From assembly GCA_044446265.1 (NCBI GenBank), contig JBIOES010000001.1, forward strand, positions 1 to 47,405: DNA of 47,405 nt. Direction: 5' to 3'. Positions 14,154-24,583 of the stretch are shown piece by piece (the first letter of the stretch is position 1; every line of letters begins with the position of its first letter). The notes below the pieces were generated by a model that had not been told where the DNA came from, did no database searches, and saw nothing but the letters and a program-made list of their open reading frames with translations. The position numbers were made by a program, and so were the translations under genes. Origin of the DNA: Solirubrobacterales bacterium. GTDB lineage: Bacteria > Actinomycetota > Thermoleophilia > Solirubrobacterales > Solirubrobacteraceae.

Positions 14154-14727
14154 CGCTGCACTCCCTCAGCTCGTCCGCGACCCAGGCGTAGGCTGCCATC
14201 GCAGCCGCCACGTTGCCCTCGGCGACGCTCGGGCTGAAGCGCTCGCGGATTGCGCTCACCACGGCGTCGAGCGAGATCAACCCGGTGAGCGCGGCGAAAC
14301 CGCCGAGCAGCGCGGCGTTCGCGACCGGCCGCCCGGTGTGTTCCCGCGCGAGGTCACTGGCGGGCACGGTCAGCAGCCGCTCGCGGCGGAAGCTCCTCAC
14401 GAACTCGCCCAGGCCGAGCTCGTCGAAGCTCTTCGCGGTGTTGATGAGGATGAAACCGTCCGCTCGCAGGCCGCTGAACAAATCCACCTGATGCAGCAGC
14501 GTCGGGTCCTGGACAATCAGCGCATCGGGCTCTACCACCGGCTCACGCACGCGGATCTCGCGATCGTCGATCCGACAGAACGACACCACAGGAGCGCCCA
14601 TGCGCTCCGAGCCGAAGCTCGGGAACGCCTGCGCGTAGCGGCCCTCCTCAAACGCCGCGAGCGAGAGCATCTCCGCCGCCGTGACGACACCCTGCCCGCC
14701 ACGGCCGTGGATGCGGACCTGCAACAC
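14137..14727 (-). CDS. Pyruvate/2-oxoacid:ferredoxin oxidoreductase gamma subunit
   Basis: VRIHGRGGQGVVTAAE, QAFPSFGSERMGAPV; GTG start at 14727 inferred just after the ppsA stop. Confidence 0.92.
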   Translation of the reverse strand: MLQVRIHGRGGQGVVTAAEMLSLAAFEEGRYAQAFPSFGSERMGAPVVSFCRIDDREIRVREPVVEPDALIVQDPTLLHQVDLFSGLRADGFILINTAKSFDELGLGEFVRSFRRERLLTVPASDLAREHTGRPVANAALLGGFAALTGLISLDAVVSAIRERFSPSVAEGNVAAAMAAYAWVADELRECSGVPAG

Positions 14728-14737
14728 CGCCCACCCC

Positions 14738-17167
14738 TCAGCGCGCGCCGAGACTGCGCGCTCGGTCCTTTTGCTCGCGTGCTCGCGCGGAGTCGAGCAG
14801 CACGCGCTGCTCAGCGGCCGCCACCAATGACCGCGTTCGGTCGAGCGCATCGACGCTGACCGAGATCGCGTCGATCCCGGCGCGCACCAACAGCTCGGCG
14901 TACTCGGGGTGAACAGAGGGGGCCTGGCCGCAGATCGAGGTGCGCAACCCCAGCTCGCGCGCGCGGGGGATCAGCTCGCGCAGGTAGGCCGTGACCGCCG
15001 GGTCGCGCTCGTCGAAGGTCTCCGCCAGCACCTCGTTGTCACGGTCGGCGCCCAGCAGCAGCTGCGTGAGGTCGTTGGAGCCGATCGAGATACCCGTCAC
15101 ACCCAGCCTTGCGTACTCCGCCAGGTTGAAGAGCACCGAGGGCACCTCCGCCATCACCCACAGCTCGAAGCCGGGGCGATCGAGCAGGCCCGACTCGGCG
15201 ATCAGCTCCCGGCAGCGGCGCAGCTCGCGGGTGCTGCGCACGAACGGCAGCATCACGTGCAGGTTGCGCCGGCCGGTATCCCAAACCCGGCGTACGGCCT
15301 CCAGCTCGAGGGCGAAGACGTCGGGCTCGCGCGTGTAGCGCAGCGCTCCGCGATAGCCGATCATCGGGTTGGCCTCGTGCGGCTCGAAGCGCTCGCCGCC
15401 GCGCAGCCCGGAAAACTCGTTGGTGCGGAAGTCGATCGTGCGGTAAGTGACCGGCCGCGGCGCGAAGCCGGCCGCGAAAGTGCTCAGCCCCTCGGCCATC
15501 CGAGCGACGAGATCCTCGCCGCGTCCTTCCTCGAGCAGGGTGCGGGGATGGTCGCCCGCCAGCGCCTCGAGCACCATCATCTCCGCGCGCAGCAGACCGA
15601 CGCCATCGACCGCCAAGCCCTTCACGCGCTCCACCTGCGAGGGCTCGGACAGGTTCACGAGAATCTGCGTCGCAGTGACGGATCCGCGGGCAGAAGCCGC
15701 TGCCCAAGCGCCATCCGCTACAGGGCCACCAGCGCTCGCGACCGCGGAGCGCGCGACCCCCAACCCTGGCCCGCCGGCAGGCGGGCCCTCATCCAAAACC
15801 TGAATGCCCTCCAGCACGATCCCGCGCGTCGCGTCCACCGTGACCGCCTCGCCGTCACGCAACACGCGCGTCGCCTCGCCCGTGCCGACCACACACGGGA
15901 TGCCCAGCTCGCGCGAGACGATCGCGGCGTGGCAGGTCATGCCACCGGAGTCGGTGACGATGGCCGCCGCGCGGCGCAGCAGCGGCAGCCAATCGGGGGA
16001 GGTCATGTGGGTGACGAGCACCTCGCCATCGCTCAAGCGCGCAGCATCCGCGAGCGATGTGAGCACCCGCGCGCCGCCGCTGGCGCTGCCCGGCGCTCCA
16101 CCCAGCCCACGCAGCAGCACAGTCTGCGGCTCAGAGTGCTCCGCCGCCGTGACGGTCGTGGGTGCGTCCTCGTGGAGGGTGGTGATCGGGCGGCTCTGCA
16201 GCATCCACAACGCACCGTCGGGGTCGAACGCCCACTCGGTGTCCTGCGGCGAGCCGTAGTGCTCCTCGATGCGTAGGCCCAGCTCGGCCACAGCCATGAC
16301 CTCTCGCTCATCGAGAGCCGGTTGCAGGCCCTCCTCTCGCGAGAGAGTCCGCGTGCGGGTGCCCCCGTCGGGGTCGTATTCGATCGCCAGCTCCTTGCGG
16401 TGCACATCGCGCCGGCGGAGCATGAGCGGGTCCTTCTCGACCAGATAGCGGTCTGGTGAGACCGACCCGGAGACGACGGCCTCGCCGAGACCGAAGGAGC
16501 CCTCGATGACGAGCTCGTTGCGCTCGCCCGTGGCCGGGTTGACGGTGAACATCACCCCGGCGCGCGTCGATGCCACCTGGCGCTGCACGACGACCGCGAT
16601 GTCCATCTCGGCCTGCGCAAAGCCGTTCATGCCGCGGTAGTAGATCGTGCGTGCGCCGAACAGCGAACGCCAGCAGCGGCGCACCGCGTCGATCACCGCG
16701 CCCGAGCCGCGGATGTTCAGGAAGGTCTCGTTCATCCCCGCGAACGAAACCTCGGCGGTGTCCTCCGCCGTCGCGGAGGAGCGCACAGCCACCGGCCCCT
16801 TGGCGTCCTCGCCCACCAGCTGCTCGTAGGCCGAACGTATCTCGCTCCGCAGAGGCTCCGGTATCGGGGTGTCGTCGAACAGCTCGCGGGCGGCGCTGCT
16901 CGCCGCTTGCAGCGCGGCGGTGTCCTCGACGTTCACGCCATCCAGCAGCTCCGACAGGCGCTCGCGCAGCCCGGTTTCGGCGCAGAACGCCGCGTATGCC
17001 GGAGCGCCCACGACAAAGCCCTCGGGTACGGGCAGCCCCGCGGAGGTGAGCTCACCCAGGTTCGCGCCCTTGCCGCCCGCGTAGGCGATGTCGTCTCTGC
17101 CCAGAGACGCGAACGGCCGCGCGAGCCCCATGCGCGACCGTGTATCGATATCGCTGGCAACGCCCAT
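14738..17167 (-). CDS. ppsA: Phosphoenolpyruvate synthase (pyruvate, water dikinase)
   Basis: GGKGANLGEL, AVRSSATAED, SFAG, phospho-His motif GGMTCHAAIVSRE, EANPMIGYRG, SIGSNDLTQ, SICGQ. Start at 17167 or 17131 is uncertain. Confidence 0.93.
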   Translation of the reverse strand: MGVASDIDTRSRMGLARPFASLGRDDIAYAGGKGANLGELTSAGLPVPEGFVVGAPAYAAFCAETGLRERLSELLDGVNVEDTAALQAASSAARELFDDTPIPEPLRSEIRSAYEQLVGEDAKGPVAVRSSATAEDTAEVSFAGMNETFLNIRGSGAVIDAVRRCWRSLFGARTIYYRGMNGFAQAEMDIAVVVQRQVASTRAGVMFTVNPATGERNELVIEGSFGLGEAVVSGSVSPDRYLVEKDPLMLRRRDVHRKELAIEYDPDGGTRTRTLSREEGLQPALDEREVMAVAELGLRIEEHYGSPQDTEWAFDPDGALWMLQSRPITTLHEDAPTTVTAAEHSEPQTVLLRGLGGAPGSASGGARVLTSLADAARLSDGEVLVTHMTSPDWLPLLRRAAAIVTDSGGMTCHAAIVSRELGIPCVVGTGEATRVLRDGEAVTVDATRGIVLEGIQVLDEGPPAGGPGLGVARSAVASAGGPVADGAWAAASARGSVTATQILVNLSEPSQVERVKGLAVDGVGLLRAEMMVLEALAGDHPRTLLEEGRGEDLVARMAEGLSTFAAGFAPRPVTYRTIDFRTNEFSGLRGGERFEPHEANPMIGYRGALRYTREPDVFALELEAVRRVWDTGRRNLHVMLPFVRSTRELRRCRELIAESGLLDRPGFELWVMAEVPSVLFNLAEYARLGVTGISIGSNDLTQLLLGADRDNEVLAETFDERDPAVTAYLRELIPRARELGLRTSICGQAPSVHPEYAELLVRAGIDAISVSVDALDRTRSLVAAAEQRVLLDSARAREQKDRARSLGAR

Positions 17168-17339
17168 CGGCTTTCGCTCCTCGGCTGCTCGGTGCTTCCT
17201 ATGCAGAGAAGTCAAGCCAACGAGACGACTCACAGCCACCGCTCTTCACACTGAACACGCTCGGTAGTTCCCACCCATGCCTGCGGGCCAGCGAGCGGCC
17301 AGATGCTGCTGGGGCTGGACTACCAGTCGGTGGACGACC

Positions 17340-19532
17340 TCAAGCGGGCGCTGGACGAGCTGCCGGCAGTGGCTCGATAAGCAGTCCGGTGCTATCGCGC
17401 TCGCCCGGGCGGTCCTCGGCGGCGCGGCGGGCGTGCAACTCGATCAACTCGAGCTGGAGGTTGCGCGGGCTCTCATCCGGCCCCGGCGAGCGACGCTGCC
17501 ATACCCCGTCGGGCTGGAGCTCCCACGAGGACTGGTTGTCGGCGAAGGCGCGCTCCAGGGTGTCGAGCAGCTCCGCGCGCAACTCGGGCGTCTCCACAGG
17601 CACGGCGAGCTCGACGCGGTGGTCGAGGTTGCGCGGCATGAGGTCGGCGGAGGCGATGTAGACGGTGTGCTCGCCGTGGCGTTCGAAGCAGTACACGCGC
17701 GAGTGCTCGAGCAGGCGCCCCACGATCGAGACGACGCGGATGTTCTCGGAGATGCCCGGGAGGCCGGGGCGCAGGCAGCAGATGCCGCGCACGTTCAGAT
17801 CGATCCGCACCCCCGCCTGCGAGGCGGCGTAGAGCGCGCGGATGCAGCGCCCATCGACGAGCGCGTTCATCTTCATCGCGATGCGCGCGGGGTGCTCGGG
17901 GGAGTGGGCGGCGACGGTGCGCTCGATCTGCTCCAGCAGCCCATCGCGCAGCTGCGAGGGAGCGATGAGGACCTTGCGGTAGTGCAAAGGGCGCCCGTAG
18001 CCGGTGAGGTAGTTGAACATGTCGGTTACGTCCGCGCCGATCTGCTCGTCGGTGGTGAACAGCCCAAAGTCGGTGTAGAGACGGGCGGTGGTCGAGTGGT
18101 AGTTGCCGGTGCCGATGTGCACGTAGTTGCGCACCCCATCGCCCTCGCGGCGCACCACGAGCACGCACTTGGCGTGGGTCTTCAGCGCGGGCTGGCCGTA
18201 GACGACGTGCACGCCGGCCTCCTCCATCGCCTTGGCCCACTGGATGTTGGTGCGCTCGTCGAAGCGCGCGGTGAGCTCCACCAGCGCCACCGCCTGCTTG
18301 CCGCGCTCGGTGGCGTCGATCAGCGCGGGCACGAGCGGGGAGTCGTCGCTGGTGCGGTACACGGTCTGCTTGATCGCGAGCACGTTGGGGTCGGCGACGG
18401 CCTGCTCGACGAAGCGCTCCACGGAGGTGGCGAAGGACTCGTAGGGGTGGTGCACGAGCAGGTCGCCCTCGCGCATCGCGCTGAGCACGTCGGGGCGCTC
18501 GCCCTCGTGGCGCTGCAAGCGCGGATGGGTGATGCCGATCATCGGCGGATCGCGCAGCTCCGTGAGGCCGGGGAGCTTGACGATCTGCCACAGCGCGCCC
18601 ATGTCGAGGAGGCCGGCGACGGGGTAGATCGCCTCCTCCTCCATCCCCAGCAGCGCGACGAGCGCGCCGCGTAGCTGCTCGGAGCAGCGCTCGCCCACCT
18701 CGACGCGCACGACCCCGCCGAAGCGCCGGCGGCGCAGCTCGTCCTCGACGGCCTGGAGCAGGTCGGCGGCGTCGTCGGAGACCTCCAGGTCGGCGTCGCG
18801 CGTGACGCGGAAGACGTCGTAGTCGACGATCTCCATCCCCGGGAAGAGGGCGTCGAGGTGGTGGGCGATCACGTCCTCCAGCGCCACCAGCGTGGTCGCG
18901 GCGCCGCTGCCCACCCTGACGGTTACGAAGCGGGGGAGGATCTCGGTGGGGACCTTCACGCGCGCGAACACCGTCTGGTCGGTGGAGGGGTCGCGCACGA
19001 GCACAGCCAGGCTGAGCGACAGATTGGAGATGTAGGGGAAGGGACGCCCCGGAGCCACCGCGAGCGGGGTGAGGGCGGGGAAGATCGTCTTCTGAAAGCG
19101 CCCCGCGAGGTAGGCGCGCTGCTCCTCGCCGAGCTGCTCGTAGGAGACGACTCGCACGGAGTGCTCGGCGAGCGCGGGGCGCAGGCGGCCTTCGAAGCAA
19201 TCGGTGAGGCGCACGCCCAGCTCGCGCACGCGCCCGCGGATCGCGGCGATCGTCTCCGAGGGCGTGAACCCGTCCTGGCTGGGGTTCTCCACGCCGGCCT
19301 CGATCTGGTCGAGCAGACCGGCGACGCGCACCATGTAGTACTCGTCGAGGTTGGTGGTGTAGATCGCGCAGTACTTCACGCGCTCGAGCAGCGGCACCGT
19401 CTCGTCCTCGGCGAGCTGGAGCACGCGTTCGTTGAAGTCCAGCCAGGAGAGCTCTCGATTGAAGTAGAGCGAGGGGTCGCTCAGCTCGCGTGGTCCATCG
19501 TCGCCTCGATCCGCGTTTTCGCTCGTGGGCAT
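17340..19532 (-). CDS. ppk1: Polyphosphate kinase 1
   Basis: NRELSWLDFNERVL, HHPYESF, IKQTVYRT, ARFDE, KTHAK, HIGTGNY, LEHSRV, SADLMPRNLDHRVE. Confidence 0.97.
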   Translation of the reverse strand: MPTSENADRGDDGPRELSDPSLYFNRELSWLDFNERVLQLAEDETVPLLERVKYCAIYTTNLDEYYMVRVAGLLDQIEAGVENPSQDGFTPSETIAAIRGRVRELGVRLTDCFEGRLRPALAEHSVRVVSYEQLGEEQRAYLAGRFQKTIFPALTPLAVAPGRPFPYISNLSLSLAVLVRDPSTDQTVFARVKVPTEILPRFVTVRVGSGAATTLVALEDVIAHHLDALFPGMEIVDYDVFRVTRDADLEVSDDAADLLQAVEDELRRRRFGGVVRVEVGERCSEQLRGALVALLGMEEEAIYPVAGLLDMGALWQIVKLPGLTELRDPPMIGITHPRLQRHEGERPDVLSAMREGDLLVHHPYESFATSVERFVEQAVADPNVLAIKQTVYRTSDDSPLVPALIDATERGKQAVALVELTARFDERTNIQWAKAMEEAGVHVVYGQPALKTHAKCVLVVRREGDGVRNYVHIGTGNYHSTTARLYTDFGLFTTDEQIGADVTDMFNYLTGYGRPLHYRKVLIAPSQLRDGLLEQIERTVAAHSPEHPARIAMKMNALVDGRCIRALYAASQAGVRIDLNVRGICCLRPGLPGISENIRVVSIVGRLLEHSRVYCFERHGEHTVYIASADLMPRNLDHRVELAVPVETPELRAELLDTLERAFADNQSSWELQPDGVWQRRSPGPDESPRNLQLELIELHARRAAEDRPGERDSTGLLIEPLPAARPAPA

Positions 19533-19539
19533 CGACCCA

Positions 19540-19549
19540 ACGCTAGCGT
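19540..19549. promoter_or_regulatory. Palindromic ACGCTAGCGT giving a TAGCGT -10-like hexamer on both strands (leaderless ppk1 / divergent sixA)
   Basis: Minus-strand TAGCGT lies 7 nt upstream of the ppk1 ATG, which has no SD; plus-strand TAGCGT faces sixA. Confidence 0.45.
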
Positions 19550-19585
19550 CTCAAACGCTACTCTGCGGGTAGGAGGATGTGAGGC

Positions 19586-20083
19586 ATGGCTCGCCAGCTT
19601 TGGTTGCTACGTCACGCGGACGCCGAGCCCCACGGTGCTCGGCTCGATTCCGAGCGCAGGCTGACTGCGCGCGGGGAACGCCAGGCGCGCCTGGCGGGTG
19701 TCGCGCTGGCGCGCCTGCATGTGAACCTGGACGCGATCCTGGTGAGCCCCAAGGTGCGCGCCCAGCAGACCGCCCAGCTGGCGGTCGAGGACTGGAGCGA
19801 GTCCCAGCGGGCGCTGCAGACCCACCTGCCGCTGGCGGGCGGCTTCGACGCCGTGCAGGCGCTCGATGCGCTCGCCGCCGTGGGCCCCGAGGGGCATCTG
19901 ATGGTGGTGGGTCATGAGCCGGACCTATCGAGTGTGGTGGCCGAACTCACCGGCGCCCGCGTGGACCTGAAGAAGGGAGGCCTGGCGGTGGTGAGGCTAG
20001 GAGGCGGAGGAGGCGAGCTCGTGATCCTGCTGCGCCCCCGCGAGCTTGCGCTGATCGCCGACGTCGCGACCGCCGACGTCTAG
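19586..20083 (+). CDS. sixA: Phosphohistidine phosphatase SixA family
   Basis: LWLLRHADAE, RRLTARG, SPKVRAQQTA, VGHEPDL, LKKGGL. Confidence 0.9.
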   Translation: MARQLWLLRHADAEPHGARLDSERRLTARGERQARLAGVALARLHVNLDAILVSPKVRAQQTAQLAVEDWSESQRALQTHLPLAGGFDAVQALDALAAVGPEGHLMVVGHEPDLSSVVAELTGARVDLKKGGLAVVRLGGGGGELVILLRPRELALIADVATADV

Positions 20084-20926
20084 CGCGCCCTCGGCACCGG
20101 CGACTGCCTCAGCGGTGCCCTGGGGCTCTGCGGCGAGCGCGTCCTCGGCGGAGCTGCGGGCGGCGCCGATGGCCTCGGCGGCGAAGCGGTAGCCGATCCC
20201 GAAGTGGGTGTGGATGTAGCGCCACTGCGGCGAAGCCTTCTCGAGCTTCTGGCGGAGCTTGCGCACGAAGACATCCACGGAGCGGTCGCCGCGCACCATC
20301 GCGTAGCCCCACAGGCGCGAGTAGATCTCCTCGCGCTCCAGCACGCGCCCCTCGGCGGAGGCGAGCAGCTCGATCAGCTCGAACTCGCGGCGGGTGAGGT
20401 CGATCGAGGCGCCGTTGACGAACGCCTGGAAGCGGTCGGAGCGAATCTCGACCTCGCCGGCCGTGACGGGCTTGATCTCGCCGCGGCTGGCGGAGCGCCG
20501 GCGGCGGCGCACGACGCTCTGCACCCTGGCGATGACCTCCTCGGGGTGGCAGGGCTTGGTGATCCAGTCGTCGGCCCCCAGGCGCAGCCCGCGCACGCGC
20601 TGCGCGACGGTGGAGGGACCGGTGCAGACGACGATGCCGAGCTCGGGCAGCGCGCCGCAGAGGCGCTCGAGCCACGTCCACGCCTGCGGCCCCAGGATCG
20701 CGAGGTCCACCACAAGCGCGGAGAGGCGCATCGAGACAACGGCGTCGGCGGGGACGGGGCTACCGAGCACGCGGTGCTCCCAGCCGAGGCGGTCGAGGCG
20801 TTTGCTCAACACCTGGATGAAGCCGCTGTCGCGATCGAGAACCGCGATGCGCAGAGGCGATGTCGTTGAGGACGCGCCGCGGGCCTCCGATGTGCCCCCC
20901 TCAGCGCGGGTGCCGCTCTCCATCAT
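19997..20926 (-). CDS. OmpR/PhoB-family response regulator with divergent receiver domain
   Basis: Receiver (AVLDRD, VVDL, VCTG, GADDWITKP) plus wHTH (LTRREFEL...DRSVDVFVRKLRQKL...HTHFGIGYRF); directly downstream of phoU; low-complexity tail overlaps sixA. Confidence 0.9.
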   Translation of the reverse strand: MMESGTRAEGGTSEARGASSTTSPLRIAVLDRDSGFIQVLSKRLDRLGWEHRVLGSPVPADAVVSMRLSALVVDLAILGPQAWTWLERLCGALPELGIVVCTGPSTVAQRVRGLRLGADDWITKPCHPEEVIARVQSVVRRRRRSASRGEIKPVTAGEVEIRSDRFQAFVNGASIDLTRREFELIELLASAEGRVLEREEIYSRLWGYAMVRGDRSVDVFVRKLRQKLEKASPQWRYIHTHFGIGYRFAAEAIGAARSSAEDALAAEPQGTAEAVAGAEGALDVGGRDVGDQRKLAGAQQDHELASSAS

Positions 20927-20980
20927 CGAGGCGAAAGTGTATGCGAGGAGCGCGAGGAAATGTTTGCCGCGACGACAGAA

Positions 20981-20997
20981 GTCACAGGTTGTTCACA
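20981..20997 (+). promoter_or_regulatory. PHO-box-like direct repeat upstream of the regulator, in opposite orientation to the gene
   Basis: GTCACA-GGTTG-TTCACA with 11-bp phasing. Confidence 0.6.
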
Positions 20998-21020
20998 GAG
21001 AGGCTCGCAATTAGCGCGGA

Positions 21021-21770
21021 TCAGACCGCGCCGCCGCCGGTGGCGCCGCCCACGCCCATCGGGTGCGAGGAGTCGGAGAACTCGCGGAAGAGGCCCGTGA
21101 CCACGAAGGCGACCTGCTCGCCGATGTCCACGGCGTTGTCGCCCACGCGCTCCAGGGCGCGCGCGACGAGGATCATGTGCATGCCCCATTCGCGGATGTC
21201 CGCGTCGTCGCCGATCTCGAGCGCCATGCGGAAGATCTCGCGGTTGAGGCGGTTGATCTCGCTGTCCTGGCGCACGAGATCCTCGGCGAGTTCGACGTCG
21301 CGGTTGGCGAAGGCGGTCTTCGACTGCGTGACCTCCGAGCGCGCGAGCGCGCCCATCTTCATGAGCGTGTCGAGCAGTTCGCGGCGCACCGGGGGTTCGT
21401 GACCGGAGAGGGGGATCAGCTTGGCGATGTTCACACACTGGTCGCCCATGCGCTCGACGCACTTCATCACGTGCAGGAGGGCGGCCACCAGGCGCAGGTC
21501 GCCCGCGACGGGGGCCTGGAGGGCGAGCAGCGAGAGGATTCCCTGGTGGACCTCCAGATAGCGCCCATCGACGCGGTCGTCGTCGTCGATCACCATCTGG
21601 GCGAGCTCCACGTCCTGGTGGTCGAGCGCCTCGAGCACGCGATCGAGCTGCTCGACGATCAGGTCCAGCCCGCCGAGGGCGCGCGTCTGCAGCTCGTGCA
21701 GCTCCTGCTGGAAGTGCGCGCGGCCCTGCTTGCGCGCGCCGATGGAGTCAGCCGAACTTTCCAGTGACAT
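21021..21770 (-). CDS. phoU: Phosphate signalling protein PhoU
   Basis: [44 protein letters not shown]; follows pstB. Confidence 0.95.
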   Translation of the reverse strand: MSLESSADSIGARKQGRAHFQQELHELQTRALGGLDLIVEQLDRVLEALDHQDVELAQMVIDDDDRVDGRYLEVHQGILSLLALQAPVAGDLRLVAALLHVMKCVERMGDQCVNIAKLIPLSGHEPPVRRELLDTLMKMGALARSEVTQSKTAFANRDVELAEDLVRQDSEINRLNREIFRMALEIGDDADIREWGMHMILVARALERVGDNAVDIGEQVAFVVTGLFREFSDSSHPMGVGGATGGGAV

Positions 21771-22680
21771 ATTCCTCGGTTCTGGAGTCGGAGGGGGCGG
21801 TGAAGATGTCCTGCGTGGGCCCGACCTCGACCATCTCGCCGCTGAGCATGAAGGCGGTGCGATCGGCCACGCGCGCGGCCTGCTGCATGTTGTGGGTGAC
21901 GATCACGATCGTCACGCGCTGCTTGAGGGTGGCGATCAGCTCCTCGATCTTCAGCGTGGCGATCGGATCGAGCGCGGAGCAGGGCTCGTCCATCAAGAGC
22001 ACCTCGGGGTCCACGGCGAGCGAGCGCGCGATGCACAGCCGCTGCTGCTGTCCGCCGGAGAGGCCGATGCCCGGCTCGGAGAGGCGGCCCGAGACCTCCT
22101 CCCACAGACCGGCGTCGCGCAGCGCGGTCTCGACCTTGGGGCGCAGCTCGCTGCGGCCGATGCCCGTGAGGCGCAGCCCGGCGGCGACGTTGTCGAACAC
22201 CGACATCGTGGGGAAGGGGTTGGGCTTCTGGAAGACCATGCCGACCGCGCGGCGCACGGCGATGACGTCGACCGAGGAGTCGTAGAGGTCGAGGTCGTCG
22301 ATCAGCACCTGGCCCTCGGCGCGCGCGCCGGGGATCTCCTCGTGCATGCGGTTGATGCAGCGCACCATCGTGGACTTCCCACAGCCGGAGGGCCCGATGA
22401 TCGCGGTGACCTGGTTGGCGGGGAACTCCAGGTCGATGCTCTTGACCTGTTCGGCGGAGCCGTAGAAGGCGCGCAGCTTGGCGAGGCGCACCTGCGGACC
22501 GCGTTTGACGACGCTCGCTGGCGCCGCCGGTGCGGAAGCGGTTGTATCCGCGGGGGGCGCTGGCTGGGAGCCCGGCTGGAGCATGGCTCCCCGCTCAGCC
22601 CCGGCGGCCTCTGCCGCCGCCGGAGGGGCTGGGGGTGATGGAGCGCCCGCCGATGTGGGAGGCGATGCGTCGGGGGTCAT
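21748..22680 (-). CDS. pstB: Phosphate ABC transporter ATPase (operon 1)
   Basis: [56 protein letters not shown]; ATGA overlap with pstA stop. Confidence 0.95.
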   Translation of the reverse strand: MTPDASPPTSAGAPSPPAPPAAAEAAGAERGAMLQPGSQPAPPADTTASAPAAPASVVKRGPQVRLAKLRAFYGSAEQVKSIDLEFPANQVTAIIGPSGCGKSTMVRCINRMHEEIPGARAEGQVLIDDLDLYDSSVDVIAVRRAVGMVFQKPNPFPTMSVFDNVAAGLRLTGIGRSELRPKVETALRDAGLWEEVSGRLSEPGIGLSGGQQQRLCIARSLAVDPEVLLMDEPCSALDPIATLKIEELIATLKQRVTIVIVTHNMQQAARVADRTAFMLSGEMVEVGPTQDIFTAPSDSRTEEYVTGKFG

Positions 22681-23546
22681 GCAAGACGGCTCCTTCGGGA
22701 TACCAGACGGGCCACGAGGTTGAGGATCAAGATAAGCACAACGAGGGTCAGCGCGGCGCCCCATGCGCGATCGACGACCGATTGGGTGGGGGAGATGATG
22801 TCGTCGTAGATCTGCACCGGCAGCGAGTTCATCACCTTGCCGAGGTCGGAGCTGGTCTTGTTGGTGGCGCCCGCGGTGAACAGCAGCGGCGCCGTCTCCC
22901 CCGCGGCGCGCGCAATGGCTAGCAGCACTCCAGTGACCAGGCCGCTGAGCGCGGTGGGGAGCACGATGCGGAAGATCACCTTCCAGCGCTCGGCCCCCAG
23001 CGCGAGCGCGGACTCGCGCAGGGCGCCGGGCACCAGCAGCAGCACGACCTCGGCGGAGCGCGTCACGACGGGCAGCATCAGCAGCGCGAGCGCGAAGGCG
23101 CCCTTGTAGCCGGAGAAGCCGGTGCCCACCACGAGCACGATGTAGATGAACAGGCCGAAGACGATTGAGGGCACGCCCGTGAGGACGTCCACGAAGAAGC
23201 GCACGAGCTGCGCGAACCAGTGGCCCTTGCCGTACTCCACGAGCCACACCGCCACGCCCACGCCGACCGGAACGGCGATCGCGGAGGCGAGCGCGACCAT
23301 CTCGATCGTGCCCAGCATCGCGCTGCGGATGCCGCCGATGTCGGAGTTCTTGAAGAACGTGTTCCCGGTGGGGTCGGTGCTGAAGAAGTGGGGGCTCCAC
23401 GCCCCCAGACCTTCGCGCAGGAGGTAGTAGATGACCAGCACCAGCGGCACCAGGGCGATCACGGTGCCGGCGAGCACCGTGCCGCGCGCAAAGCGGTCGG
23501 TGCGCCGCCGCCGTGGGCTCACCGCGAAGCGCTCGAGGCGGTTCAT
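22677..23546 (-). CDS. pstA: Phosphate ABC permease PstA (operon 1)
   Basis: [39 protein letters not shown]; ATGA overlap with pstC. Confidence 0.94.
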   Translation of the reverse strand: MNRLERFAVSPRRRRTDRFARGTVLAGTVIALVPLVLVIYYLLREGLGAWSPHFFSTDPTGNTFFKNSDIGGIRSAMLGTIEMVALASAIAVPVGVGVAVWLVEYGKGHWFAQLVRFFVDVLTGVPSIVFGLFIYIVLVVGTGFSGYKGAFALALLMLPVVTRSAEVVLLLVPGALRESALALGAERWKVIFRIVLPTALSGLVTGVLLAIARAAGETAPLLFTAGATNKTSSDLGKVMNSLPVQIYDDIISPTQSVVDRAWGAALTLVVLILILNLVARLVSRRSRLA

Positions 23547-24571
23547 GCTCCCACCGCCGCCGCCTCGGCCGCGTCGGCCACGCTTGGCTTGGCCCCGCCG
23601 CCACGGGACTGGGCGCTGCTGCGCCCGGCGCGCAGCACGACCAGCCGCGCGAGCGCGTTGACGAGCAGGGTGAGCACGAACAGCACCAGCGCGGCGGCGA
23701 ACAGCGCGGAGCGGTGCAGCCCGGTGGCCTCGCCGAACTCGTTTGCGATCACTGCCGCGAGCGTGTAGCCCTGCCCGAACAGATGGGCGCCGAGCTGGGG
23801 GGCGTTGCCGATCACCAGCGTCACCGCGATCGTCTCGCCGATCGCGCGGCCGAGGCCGAGCATCGCGCCGCCGACGATGCCGGGGCGGCAGTAGGGCAGC
23901 ACGGCGATGCGAATCATCTCCCAGCGCGTGGCCCCGAGCCCGAGCGCGGCCTCCTTGTGGTCGAGTGGCACGGTGGCCATCACCTCGCGCGCGATCGCGC
24001 TGACGATCGGCAGGATCATGATCGCGAGGATCAGCCCGGCGATGAAGTAGTTGGGGATCGTCACCACCCCGCCGCCGATGAAGGGGACGAAGGAGAGCTT
24101 GTCCGCCACCCACTGCTCGGCGGGCTGCAGGCGGGGGGCGAGGAAGAAGATGCCCCACAGCCCATAGACGACGGAGGGCACCGCCGCGAGCAGCTCGACG
24201 AGCACCGTGATCGGACCCTTCGCGCGGCGCGGGCACAGCTCTGTGATGTAGAGCGCGGTGGCGATCGCCACCGGCACCCCCATCAGCAGCGCCAGCGCGG
24301 ATGTGATCAGCGTGCCCACCACGAGCGGCAGCGCGCCGAACTGTTCGGCGCTGACGTCCCAGTTGTTGGTGAAGGCGAAGCCGAGGATGCCTTCCTTGGC
24401 GAACGCTGGGCGCGCTTCGCCGACGAGGCGCACGAAGAAGTAGACGATCAGCGCGAGGATCAGCGCCGCGAGCAGCGTCAGCCCGTAGCGCAGCGCGCGA
24501 TCGGGAAGCCGCGCAAGCGGTGACCGCCCGAGCTTCGAGCGGCCACCGCCTGGAATAGATGCGGCCTCCAA
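23543..24571 (-). CDS. pstC: Phosphate ABC permease PstC (operon 1)
   Basis: [46 protein letters not shown]. Confidence 0.94.
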   Translation of the reverse strand: MEAASIPGGGRSKLGRSPLARLPDRALRYGLTLLAALILALIVYFFVRLVGEARPAFAKEGILGFAFTNNWDVSAEQFGALPLVVGTLITSALALLMGVPVAIATALYITELCPRRAKGPITVLVELLAAVPSVVYGLWGIFFLAPRLQPAEQWVADKLSFVPFIGGGVVTIPNYFIAGLILAIMILPIVSAIAREVMATVPLDHKEAALGLGATRWEMIRIAVLPYCRPGIVGGAMLGLGRAIGETIAVTLVIGNAPQLGAHLFGQGYTLAAVIANEFGEATGLHRSALFAAALVLFVLTLLVNALARLVVLRAGRSSAQSRGGGAKPSVADAAEAAAVGA

Positions 24572-24583
24572 GGTGTCTTCAGG

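Noticed and set aside
21748-24236. Long N-terminal extensions of pstB (618 aa) and pstA (519 aa)
   Set aside because: These are off-frame overlaps of upstream genes; ATGA-coupled starts at 22680 and 23546 fit better
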